A stretch of 60,953 nucleotides of DNA, the filler included, from Hausera hauseri (Eukaryota), in the NCBI GenBank assembly GCA_046269625.1. It is 11 parts of 11 records of this genome, joined end to end, with 100 filler letters (N's around TTAATTAATTAA, not from the genome) between each part and the next. Parts side by side here need not be neighbours in the genome. Positions count along the whole stretch, not along the records: positions 30,894 to 35,481 come from JBJURY010515793.1; positions 35,582 to 39,464 come from JBJURY010823640.1; positions 39,565 to 43,914 come from JBJURY010623108.1; positions 44,015 to 49,511 come from JBJURY010241960.1; 7 more parts are not named here. One strand, given 5' to 3'. A model generated the notes under the pieces. That model searched no databases. It saw only the letters and a list, made by a program, of their open reading frames with translations, and was not told the DNA's origin. The first letter of the stretch is position 1; each line of letters opens with the position of its first letter. The translations under genes were made by a program, and so were the position numbers. This document shows positions 34,526-46,087 of this stretch, in pieces.

Positions 34526-35481
34526 TTATCGACGTTGAAGACATAGAAAATGTAACTTCAAATGTGTCGTTGACCCAAATAGAAATTTAATAGGTTTTCA
34601 AAATTTATCAAACATATACACTGAAATACTGTGCACAATACTGTGAGATAATGATAAGTACATGGGTATTAACGTAATAATGCGAACAGTTTCACCCGAT
34701 GATGCTGATTTGTACGTGCCAGAATCCAGTTCTATAGAAGCCAGCAGTTGTTTACGTTCTTCACCAACGAGTGCGGATTCGGTTAAGTCCGTTACAATGT
34801 TGATTCGGTGAAATACTCCATAGAGTTATGGTTTGTATTTGGCAACAATAGATCGTCCAACAATGCTTTGATAAAATTTACGTTGTGGAAAACCTAGATT
34901 CCGAGCCAATAATTCATCAAAGGCAAAATATGTAACATTGTGATATAGTGTAATCGAAATACAACCATCTGGTTTATTTCACATGTCTTTACGGCTAATG
35001 CAGCCGATTTGTTGATGTATTCACACAATTCCAGTTCCGTTTCCATTAGTAAATCATGTGGTAAAATATAATAGCGGAAGACTGCTTCTGACTTAGTCCA
35101 CTTTACTATAATATCAGATCCCGCATCGGATGAAAGGTCCAATTTTTCACCAATTATAACATGTCCACCTAGCGGTAAACGTTTGGAGTGCACATTGACT
35201 GATTGAAAACCCCATGCCTGAGCATAAGCTATAGATTTAAACTGCATTTCCAAGGGATTTCGATGTATTAGTTTCATACGGTAGTTCGAAAAATAAGCAT
35301 AAACCGAAAAAGTTTCTCGCGAATAATTGCGAAGAACATATCGGTTATTTTATCGGATTGTCCGCAAATAACTTGAAATCGGCTACGTTTCTTATCGGGT
35401 AAATTAAATACCACTGTTCTGACGTATTGTCATTGGTGAAAATGTAAACATGAATTCCGTCAAAGCCACTTCCCAGGCTCC
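34526..35481 (-). pseudogene. Polinton/adintovirus minor capsid (penton) paralog 1 (5' end cut by contig edge)
   Basis: GAWEVALTEF at the contig edge; C-terminal IVTDLTESALVGEERKQLLASI...PMYLSL...KPIKFLFGSTTHLKLHF. Confidence 0.8.
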
Positions 35482-36595
35482 NNNNNNNNNNNNNNNNNNN
35501 NNNNNNNNNNNNNNNNNNNNNNNNNTTAATTAATTAANNNNNNNNNNNNNNNNNNNNNNNNNNNNNNNNNNNNNNNNNNNNTCTCCTAAAATCTATTTTA
35601 AAATTGGTATCTCCAAGGATTGAAATATAATCGGGTACAAAACATTGTCAGTTATTACACATAAATCCAAGAAAATATCGAATAAACCACAGCAAATCCA
35701 CAGCTTTCGTACAAACCCGCTTCTTTTCTCATATAAACTAAACACTTCCGTCGGACGTCACTGTTTTTAGGTCAAAAGAGGGAGAAGGCTTTCTACTAAA
35801 GTTTGGCTGTGATTCAGCCAAGTTTTTAACTACTGTTGAACTGTTTATTTTTCCCCTGAGATTGCGAAATGTTTGTATCTTCCTGAATTAATTGTATGAC
35901 TGTCTTATGCAATATTTCAGCATATTTGCAGCTTCTGTTACTTTTTGTACCCTTTCCTCTCTCTAACCCCTCTTGTCATTTCTTGTATTTCTTTTTTACA
36001 GATGTCCATCACTCCATGAGTTCTTTAGAAGTTTATTCTCTGGTCTAATATATAGTAGCTGCATTTAGATCTCTCATATTTCTTTAGAATGCGTCCATAA
36101 ATCGTTTGCTGCCACACATTTCTTTTCCTCGTTTCCTAGACAGGAACTGATGCCGCAATTTCAACGAGAACTTTTTTGAACTTTGTTGGTAAGTTCGGTT
36201 ATGTCTTCGTTAGGAAACAATTTGTTTTATAGTTCTAGGGCGAAGCTCTCCCATGCGCCATGTCATTTAACCCCTGATAGTGTAACCTTTTTGCTGTTTA
36301 TTTCATTGGTATTTGAGTTTATTTAATTTTTCTTAGAGCAAAACTGGTTCCATCCTGTATAGCTTTAACATTATACAAATAAGTTCACCACCTTTCGCAT
36401 ATTGCAGTGAGCATTCTGGTTAAACCTCAACATCCAAGTGATTTTTTAATGTGTTGGTGCTGACAACCTATTCCTTTTATTCCAAGATTGTTTTTTTTTT
36501 TTTTCAACGCAAGAAGTCTAAAACGCATTTGCCACTGCCGTTTCTGTTTCTTGTACCATGCTTCTCCACGCAGCTTCCACATTTTTTCATTTGCA

Positions 36596-36882
36596 GAATA
36601 TTAGAGGCACGGGGTTCGAATCCCGGTGGAAGCACTTGTGATTTTTTTCTCCGTTGATCTTCTAGTAATAAATTCTCCTGATCTGTGGGTAATGAGATCG
36701 GACGTCAGTGTATATTGTCGTGCACGTTAAAAACCCCTTGGCAGTTGAAAACCGTAAAAGAGTAGGCCCAACGGCCACTATCCGGGAAAAATTGTAGGAA
36801 ATATCTACCCCCAGGGCAGAAATGTAAACAGTTAATACTGCCTGTTTCTTAACCCTTGTTAAACAAAAATCTTATCTTATCT
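36596..36882 (+). mobile_element. tRNA-derived SINE with Meta-like central domain (A box not evident)
   Basis: B box GGTTCGAATCC (36613); TGCACGTTAAAAACCCCTTGGCA core (36721); (ATCTT)n tail. Confidence 0.6.
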
Positions 36883-37204
36883 GTACCTCACATTCATTAA
36901 TGCATTGTGTTTGAAATATGGCTACTTTTTTCTTGCATGTAAGTAGTAAGGCAGGTCAATAATGATTATACTTTAGGTAGAGGAGGGCTTATATAAGCTA
37001 TATCCTCCTCTACCCTCCTCTACCGTTGATGGATCGATATAAGGGAAGTAAGCGATGTCGATGTCAAGGGCAGATAATCGGTTTTGTCCGCGGGTTGTGT
37101 GCTTTTTCTATAAGAAATATGCAGGGGTTGCGTGGTCGGCAAGGGGCACTATAGGTAAAGGGGCATTTATATAGGGCAATGAAGAAAAAACCTGGTGCAG
37201 GCTG

Positions 37205-38730
37205 ATGGACAGAGAAATTGTGCGTCAGTGTCAAATCAGACAAATTATCAACGAAACTATTCACACTTTCACCTGGGTTTATAGGCGTAAATGGAATAGC
37301 CTTAAAAGAGACAGCCAGTCAACGTATCTAGGAGTAACACTGGACACCAGAATTACCAGGAAACACCATATCAGCAAAACAGAAACAAAGGCAGGAAAGA
37401 AGCTAGCCATCATGACGAAACTGAGTGGCACTACATGGGGAGCAAATTATAGAATACTGAAGAATGTGTATCAGCAGGGTGTTCGACCTCACTTGGAATA
37501 TGGTTCATCAGCATGGTGCACAGCATCAAATACAACATTACACAGTTTGGACAAGGTGCAAAACGAAGCACTCAGAATTATCACAGGTGCAGTGAAGTCT
37601 ACACCGATCATAAAAATGGAAAAAAACATCTGGTACAATGCCATTACTAGAACTCAGAGATTTAAAGACAATGATTCAAGTAGAAAAATATAAGAGCATA
37701 ATGAACCATCCAATGAATGAAAAATGCCAGGATATCACAGTGAGGCGACTAAACAGTAGCAGTTTTGTTCACCAGGGCAAGGACCTTTAGGAACAAATAC
37801 CTGAACTACCAGATATAACTATTCCAAAAACATACGTTCCTCTATATACATCATCGACGGAAGAAACATACGCAAAATAGATATCAGCACAGAAGTACCA
37901 GATGTATATAGTTGAGAACATCAAAGTCAGCTAGAAAGGAGAACAGCAAAGATGGTACCTAGATGGCAAATACCCTCGAGAACAGTAGATTTGTATCTAT
38001 TCAGATGGATCAGCACAAAACGCTATAAAGAATGGAGGGGTGGAGCACTTATTTAATATCCCGATAAAACCAGCAACACTTTCAGCATACCAACAGGAAA
38101 ACACAGTAATAACTACAATTCCGAAGTCAGAGCAATTATTGCGTCAGATGAGGAGCTCTCAAGATCACAGTTTCACTCACATCCTGTAGTATGCCTCACA
38201 GATGCATAATAGGTGTTAGATCTAAAAGACACTCTGGGAAAATTAGCAGTCATTAATGGATCCCATCCCACTGTGGGATTCCAGGAAATGAGAACCCTGA
38301 TACTCTGGTCAAAGGTAGTACTCTAATGGAGCAACCAAACATCCCAATAACATATGACCACAAGAGCATGATAAAGTTACAGAAAAAAATCACCTTCAGT
38401 ATTACCAGATACCTATGATGTGTTGGATAGAAATGAACAAGTCGCAATATTTCGCCTCAGAACAGGACACAACCAACTCCTCAGCAACATGTACACAAAA
38501 GTAAAAATAGATGAATCTGCCTTGTGACGTGTGGACAGTCACCACAGTCTGTTACATATATTTCCAAAATTACACCCAGTATGATGCGTTGAGGCGCAGT
38601 CACTGGTCAAGTGAAAGATCATTAGATACAAAGCTGTATGGCTCCATAATAATTCAAGAACACTGTGCAGTTTATCGGAGAGAACTCGCAGATATAGAAC
38701 AACGTGAACGAACGAAGAAGAAGAAGAAGA
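37205..38730 (+). mobile_element. 5'-truncated non-LTR retrotransposon with RNase H (I-group/Ingi-like), degraded
   Basis: YLGVTLD, GTTWGA, VRPHLEYGS, QNEALRIITGA; RNase H YSDGSA, WIPSHCGIPGNE; IFRLRTGHN; (GAA)n 3' tail. Confidence 0.88.
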
Positions 38731-38847
38731 CATCATGAATCTAGTACCCTATGAGGAAAGTCACTGCACGCCATTGTTGCTGACAGATCTTTCTTCAGAA
38801 CTAATATATATTCCGAGATCTGCTTATTGAAGGTAACTCTCATAAAT

Positions 38848-39000
38848 GAGCGCCGAAAGAGGGTATTGGTTAGCGCATTGACGTGCCGATCACAGAGTTG
38901 TGGGTGCGATCCCCTGCAGTGGAAGCTCCAAGCGTTTTTACGACCCAAATGCCTTTAAAGTTCACGCAGTCTCAAATCTTGGGTTCCAAAGAAATTCTAA
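38848..39000 (+). mobile_element. tRNA-derived SINE head (degenerate)
   Basis: A-box-like TGGTTAGCGC and B-box-like GGTGCGATCCC at tRNA spacing; no intact cloverleaf; 3' end not defined. Confidence 0.5.
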
Positions 39001-40712
39001 GGGAAAGTAAGAGTGGTCTTTCGTCATGCTGATGGCATACTTGATTATGAGCTGTTAGTCAAGAAACAAATGTTGACACGAGTCCCAGACTTTTCATTAC
39101 GTCACTTTACTATTCCCTTTACATACCTCTCAGTGATTTCCTTTGCTTTCTTGTCTACATAACACAATTAATTGCTGTAATCACTTCGCTTATTAAATGT
39201 TTTTTGTGACTTCGGCCATTTCTGTGTGATTTCTGAAACGTGTTCAATGTCTTTCATTTCCTGAATGCACATTTGTCCAATCTAAACACTATTTTGAAAT
39301 ATTATTCAATTTTAAAATATTATTTTCTCTACCTTTTCCACAGCCTGTGCTTCTTGGGAACTTGTGTTGAGTCATCTTCTGGTAATCTGTCATAATATCA
39401 AATTGTTTATGATTTTGAATCGCAGATTTTCAGACTTGTTGTTCTTCTCCTTGTTTAGCATTACNNNNNNNNNNNNNNNNNNNNNNNNNNNNNNNNNNNN
39501 NNNNNNNNTTAATTAATTAANNNNNNNNNNNNNNNNNNNNNNNNNNNNNNNNNNNNNNNNNNNNGGGTGGTTTTGAGTTGATTCCAAGCATGGAAGGCAG
39601 CATATTTAAATGCCTTTCATTGCTAACTCTGTAGGTACTCTTGGTATGGTCAAAAAGAGCAAGAGATAAAGAAAAGAACCCTCCATCACCCTGTGTGCCA
39701 GAGTCATTGTGCTCCATCTATTGACCAGCAGGCCTGCCCTCTACTTCAGCTCCTTTTGCGCTGTTTACAGATCCTTGTCTTGTAAGGCCCAGGAAAAGCC
39801 ATCACAAATAGTAAGAAAAATATGCTAGAAGGACATTTTTATTTCAGAAATAACATGAGTTTGCATAGCATCATTAATACAGGTGAAACAAACACCGAAA
39901 TTGGATTTTTTTTTTTACCCTCAGTGGAAGAAGAAACCAGCAGTTCAGACTGATGAAAACGTAGACTGCTGAAAGAAGTGTAATGAAACAAGAAAGCTGT
40001 GAGTCAGCACATCCTGCCAGAAAAGTGGAGCAGGTTGAGGTGGGTGTGGGTGGAAGAAATTATAATTTCATCAACTCCCATCAAGCCAAAGAGAGCCTGA
40101 CAGTCAGAGCGCTGCAATCTTGAGATTTCTAAGGGACATTAGAGGTTCGCCACATGCCCAAATGGTTCTGGGTTTTCACTGTCAGATGGTTCTCCAATTC
40201 ACTCCACTGTGAGTCTTGAGCTTGACTCACTACCAATGCCCCCTCAGCTCTGCCTCCCAGACAGCATGCCCTCCTGAGCTCCAGCTTGGTACCCAGCAGT
40301 CTCCTGTCCCCCCACTCTGGATGCTGCATTCCAAATGTCCGCTTCCATTCTACTATAACCTTAGTGCTGTCACCCATCTCCCCACCCCCCTCTCCATCTC
40401 CTCATCTTCCCTTTATCCATCAGTCCTTTATGTGTTTTACATTCGCTGCAACAATCAGCTCATTTGGAAAACCCTCAATTACAGAACTCACTCTCATCTG
40501 ACACACAAACACACTTGCACACACACATGCACACTCATTAAAGGTCTGCTCTACAAAGGTGCTATTAAAACTGGCAAAGCCATGTTTTCCAGGTGCCTTC
40601 TGTTTGAAGAAACTAGTGATTAGTTTGTACTGCGAGTCATTGTGCTGTGAACAATGAGCGCTTCAACATTTCCTGTCAGAGTGTTTAAAAGTCTTTGTTG
40701 CGCACAACAATG

Positions 40713-40844
40713 ATGTAGCTCGTTTTCAAGTACTTTCTGATTATCTATCAAATCTGGAACGGTCTTTGTTTCATCTTCTGGATTTTTGTAAAGGTTTTCA
40801 TTTGCTTTGGATTTTGCTAATCTGGCCAGCCCTTCACCATTCAT
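40713..40844 (-). pseudogene. Possible start of Polinton integrase
   Basis: ORF directly after PLA2 reaches LENELH (cf. LAxELHKP), then switches to unrelated DNA. Confidence 0.35.
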
Positions 40845-40849
40845 AAATT

Positions 40850-41225
40850 CCACTTCCGAAAAGTACTTTGCTTTACATGATAAATTTAACAAGAGTCCTT
40901 TCAATCTTTTCCCTCACTGTTAGTTTTGGAATATTGCTTAATTCATGAATCATTTTCACATTTGCAATGTACCGGTCTTTCATATCCTCAGGACGATATG
41001 CAATATCATGTTTTACTGCAGCAGCATCTACTTGATTTATTTGTTTTGAATATACATGTGCTTGACCATTTTCATCTAGTCTAATATCTAGTCTCCTTAG
41101 TGGACCCGTAAAATTGTGTGATGGAAGGTACAATTCACCATATGTAGTTTTGAAGAATTTGGTTAATATTTTGCGATATTACCAGTTGATTTGTGAATGC
41201 CACAACCATTTTTATTTTGCGCCAT
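40850..41225 (-). pseudogene. Parvovirus-type phospholipase A2 domain gene of a Polinton/adintovirus
   Basis: GELYLPSHNFTGPL..LDIRLD...INQVDAAAVKHDIAY...ELSNIPKLTVREKIER; calcium-loop (GPG eroded) and HDxxY motifs. Confidence 0.8.
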
Positions 41226-43377
41226 TTTATGTTAATATTTTAATTATTTGTATTATATTATCTCTGTAAAATAATTTAATGAAAAATTTACTTCGCAAAT
41301 CCTATAGTTTCTGGCTTAAACTATTTAAATAATGAATCTATACTATATAAACTTTACCAAAATGAAGTACTAAAATCTAATTTCTAAGTTAAACTTGTTT
41401 TACTGCATCATTTTGAAAACAATGCCTCAAGAAAAAAGGAAATTTTGGATAAAATAACAAATATTAATAAACAAACTGAATCAATAATGGAGGAAATTTG
41501 TTTGAAAAACCGAATTACCGGATATTATAAATATAAATTGCTTAAATGACCTTCTGGCTTCTTTTGATGAAATCAATTTGGCTGTTAACTTATAAAATAT
41601 ATCAATAATAAGAAAATTCTGTGATAGACTAGAAAAATTGATCATTGTAGAGCGAAGGAAAAAGGATTATTTTAAACGAATCAAACAACTCGAGAAAGAT
41701 GAAAATTATAGACATTTTAAATTTAAAAAAACCCTGAAAAACAAGAAATGATACAATCCATATCAAAGAAAGAAATAGATTTGACACAGCATATTATGTG
41801 TTTAGCTTATTTAACATGTTGTAATAATATTAATAAAATTATATTTCAATAGTTCTCATATTTAAAAAGAAATTACATGCTATTATTGTTCTTATAGAAA
41901 TTCCAAAACGCTATTTTTATTCTTTTGTTTCAGTATATAATTTACTTTTCCCCATGTTTATACCCCGTTGGGTAAAATTTCTGGGAAAATTTTTCTCTCG
42001 GGTAAAATTTCTTAGAAAATTTCCCGGAATTTATACAAGTGAACATAATCGAAATAAATATTTTGGATCAGTCATTTTGTAGACAATTAAATTCTCTATC
42101 GAATGATCATATTTACATCATAAAATAATGCTTTATACAGGTGCTAAAATTTTTTAAAAGTTCAAATTCTGATAAAACATCAATTGAAACTAAAATAAAC
42201 ACCTTTCATTATACGAAACTGCGGCACCCTATAACTTTGGTTATGTAGGCTAGATTTTGATGAGATTTTATGAACATAATAAGCTCTTTCCAATGAATCG
42301 AACAACGCCATGTGCATCAAAAGTTATTAACCCTTAAACATGAACATAGAGAAAATCCTTCAATATCGATTGATTTCCTGCATACACTCTCAATGCATTT
42401 AGTCTACTCATTTTCTCCGTCGATTTCCTAGAAATTTTAAATAAAGAAATGTGTGCTTATCTTGTGCAGAATTTAATTCCACATCGACTGGTGCAAAATT
42501 TAATAAGTTTTAAAAGTTAAAATTGTGCTGTTTTTGCACATTTTTTGCACATTTTCCATAACACATGCCAGGATCGCTAAAATATGTATTGCTGCATTAT
42601 GCACATAATTAAATTCTGCGTCAAATGGTATAAGGTTCATCAGATAAATTGTGCTAAGTTCTCGGGTTATGGTCCAAAAACCTAGTTACATGATCGATTA
42701 TTAATTAAAATTTTTTGAAAATTATTTCATTTACTTCTTGTCCAGAAGTTTTTTTAAAGAAGTAAAATTAAAATTAAAATGCTATATTGTGCAAAATTTA
42801 ATTCCGCATCGAATGGTCCATAAATAAACTTATTTTGAATATTCTAAGTTTTGCTGTAGCACAAAATTGTGCTATTTTTGTGCTTTTTTCACTTTTTAAT
42901 CAAGAAAACACCAAATGAAATTGCAGATTCTTGTATAGAATAAATGTTGACATCATTTTTATTATAATAATTTTTTCAAATTTTGCTTAGTTTTCAAACT
43001 AGATTGAAAAAACAATTTAAATTTGATATAATAAATTATATAAATTTCTCAAGTAATCACTTCCTCCCACTTTGCATCATTGCACACGCATAAATAATAG
43101 ATGCACTCCCATGTTGTATATGTCATTCGAAAGCTGAACAACAGGACTTTAGAATGGTTTAACTTGTAGTGTCATAGGTCTTTTTAATTTTAAATGCAGT
43201 TGTTCTAAAAACACAATTTTTCTCTGAAATATCCTATTTCAATATCTTTTACAACTTTTCGCCTCCATTTTTTGAAATTTGTTTTTGATTAAATTTAAAA
43301 TAAATTGTTTCGAATTAACCATATATATTGTACATTTTTATAATGCTAATGGAACATTTACAAATTGTACTTTCATT

Positions 43378-43914
43378 CGAGGTCTGTTTATTGTCTGCTT
43401 TTATAATTATGCGACCTGTTTCACAGAATTTAAAATAAGAATTAATTGAAGACATGTTTATTGTATATTTTTATAATTGAAGTGTTATGAGTAGTTGTAT
43501 AAGAGGACGAGCGAATGAAAAAAAATTTAATTTAAGATGCCGGCTTACAGGTATCCTTTACTACTACGAACGCAGTGTTATCAAGTTCCTCCATTTGAAA
43601 GGTAACAGTGCCCGCCAAATTTATGAATAATTGATAGCTGTTTATGATGATTATAGTCCATCATATGACACTGTTGTGAAGAGGAAAAGGAAGTTTCAAA
43701 GTGGTAAATTATCCTTTACAGCTGACCTTCGATCCGGGAGACCCTCAATTACGGATGATCTTGAAATGGTAAAGAAAGTGGAAGTTCTTATTCTTGAAGG
43801 TAGACGAATAACCATTGAAATTGTCATGAATGAAGTTGGTCTTAGTTATGGAAGTGTGCAGACAATTATGCATGACCAACTACACATGTCTAAAGAGTCA
43901 GCCCGATGGGCTCC
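43378..43914 (+). mobile_element. Mariner element 2, 5' part (transposase pseudogene from ATG 43537; cut by contig edge)
   Basis: ERSVIKFLHLKG..IYE*L...RSGRP...RRITIE...LHMSKESARWA; CGAGGTCTG mariner-like end at ~43378 (boundary uncertain). Confidence 0.85.
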
Positions 43915-44410
43915 NNNNNNNNNNNNNNNNNNNNNNNNNNNNNNNNNNNNNNNNNNNNTTAATTAATTAANNNNNNNNNNNNNNNNNNNNNNNNNNNNNN
44001 NNNNNNNNNNNNNNTCGACGACAAACGACACTGGGTTGATAAAAACAAAAGTGTCGCATATGGACATTATTGTATTGTAAATATTTGATTGCTTGTATAT
44101 GTTATATTAATAAATATTTGTACAGACTTCTTTGTCTTCTGTTTTGTCTTATGTTTTGTCATAGTGTACATTTTGACAAATTTTTATTCACAAGTGACTT
44201 ACACAGACGTATTTATATCAACTTTGCAAAATAAAAACAATTTGGGGGTGGGAATAGTGAAACCCCGACTACGCCAATCGATATCATAAAAAATATTGAT
44301 TTCCAAATTTTTCCCATATAAAACCATTGATTATTGATTTCCAGTCATGGGGGGGTTTCGGGACAGAAAATTTACATTGGCGTCGCATCCTCCACTCCCC
44401 CTACTAACAG

Positions 44411-45300
44411 GAATTGGAAATGACACGTTCACAGTACCAAACAACAATTGTAGTGATTAGTGAATTAAACAGACTAGACCAGCAGCCATTTAATGCAAAA
44501 CTCCGACCGCAGAAGTCGATTAAAGAGTTAACTATCGATTGGTGGCGCTTTGCTGTCAATGCAAATATTCGACGCGCACTTCCAAGTGAATATACGATAT
44601 GTAGAGTTCAAAAGGTCAGAAGATATATAAAATCTCATGAACAATATTTGCTTGGAAAAGGAGTTTTACATGAAACATTAAATGATGAACTCGAAAGTTC
44701 TTTATATATCGATGTCATTATATTTTTACGGGAAATAACTGTTGATCGAGCAAATTGTAGATTTTCTGAGATTGTACGATTCCATGATTTATCGGTGCAA
44801 AAGTCAGAAGCACCGACACGGTGGGTGTCTTATATTTGGGGATTCAGATCGAACCGAACTCAGCCAACTGTGTCACCTATTCCTGAAGTTAATAGCGAAA
44901 CGCCTGAGATATTGAAGGCGGTCTTTCCAATTGCTAGTAATATATCCGACTCGGTATATGAGGAAGATATTTCTCAAGTGCTGAAAGAGGTGGATATAGA
45001 CGCAGCGAACTTCTTTACACGAGATAAAATATTTCTAGTTGGGGAGTTTTATCTTTCCATCATTACGATTAGACTGACGAAAGATGAAACATCTACTATC
45101 ATTGGAATTTCGGCTGATGAATTATGTACAAATTACGAATTACCCGAAACTGAAGAATATTATCAAATGATAAATGTACTTATGAATAATCTTCAAATAT
45201 GTTTAGGCCAAGACAAAAAGGAAGAGGGTACCTTTTTTCGGCAAATACAAGTCGTGGTGATGTTTCAAAGAATATTGGGCCAACGTTTTTCGAAATGAAC
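44411..45300 (+). pseudogene. VPS13D: VPS13D-like N-terminal fragment
   Basis: QYQ...ELNR...RPQKSI...WWRFAVNAN, LREITVDR and NFFTRDKIF resemble the VPS13D N-terminal region. Starts after CTAACAG; frameshifts near 45200. Confidence 0.65.
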
Positions 45301-45999
45301 AACTTCAAGGTTTCCGGTGATTTTTCGACACATTTGCAGAGAGGCACGAAACCCAACAGGGAAATTATAATAATGATGTACATTGAAGGAATAAATCGAT
45401 TATTGAATGATAAATCTGTGCTTAAAGTATACGATAGACGTAATATTAACCAATTAATAGGACGAGAGTTACCGCCTTGTGATGTCATCGAAGTTCCAAT
45501 AAAACAGAATCAGTTCATTGACCTGACTGATGATCGTAGCAGTCCACCAGCGCTAAGCTCGCCCGGTGTGACACAATTAACCGACATAGACAGTACCATT
45601 TGTCAAACTATCCCATATTTCCGTAATCCAGTGTTTATGAAGTCCGTCACACCTGTTAACACGATTGTTGCAACATGCTTTACTATCAAACTTATTTGAT
45701 TTCAAAGGTTTTTATATGCTGTTAAAAGTTCATCAATATACTTTTGCCCCTGCACTCGAAGGTCGTTCGGATGATACCCATAAAGTCGCCGTTTGACGTC
45801 AGATTGGAAATTCCACTGTGATAGAAACTGTATTGCGTCTGTCAACAGGAACATATTAATCATTTACTTCTCTTTATACAAACTCTCAAGAAACATCTCA
45901 TTCCACTATCAGGCCCACCTTCATTGTCATTTACAGTTACAGTTTCTCTTGAAAAAAGAATACGTTGATATGATAGACTCCAAAACTCGAAAAGTCGGG

Positions 46000-46080
46000 A
46001 TTACTGCCGCCAATTTCCTTTGTAAGTTCTTTGACATTGTATTTCTTAAAAGAGGTTTTGCCCACTGGTACGTTGGAGAA
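46000..46080 (+). pseudogene. Alpha-tubulin C-terminal fragment
   Basis: KFFDIVFLKRGFAHWYVGE versus canonical KFDLMYAKRAFVHWYVGE; cut by the retrotransposon. Short match only. Confidence 0.55.
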
Positions 46081-46087
46081 CTACTTT

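Noticed and set aside
35582-36450. Possible degenerate LINE on the minus strand
   Set aside because: No motif could be read with confidence.
36600-36640. tRNA gene
   Set aside because: B box only; no cloverleaf; followed by a SINE body.
41900-43300. Possible non-autonomous DNA transposon (TTGTGCARAATTTAATTCC repeats at ~42462 and ~42788; TTAACCCT at ~42327)
   Set aside because: No paired termini or target-site duplication could be defined.
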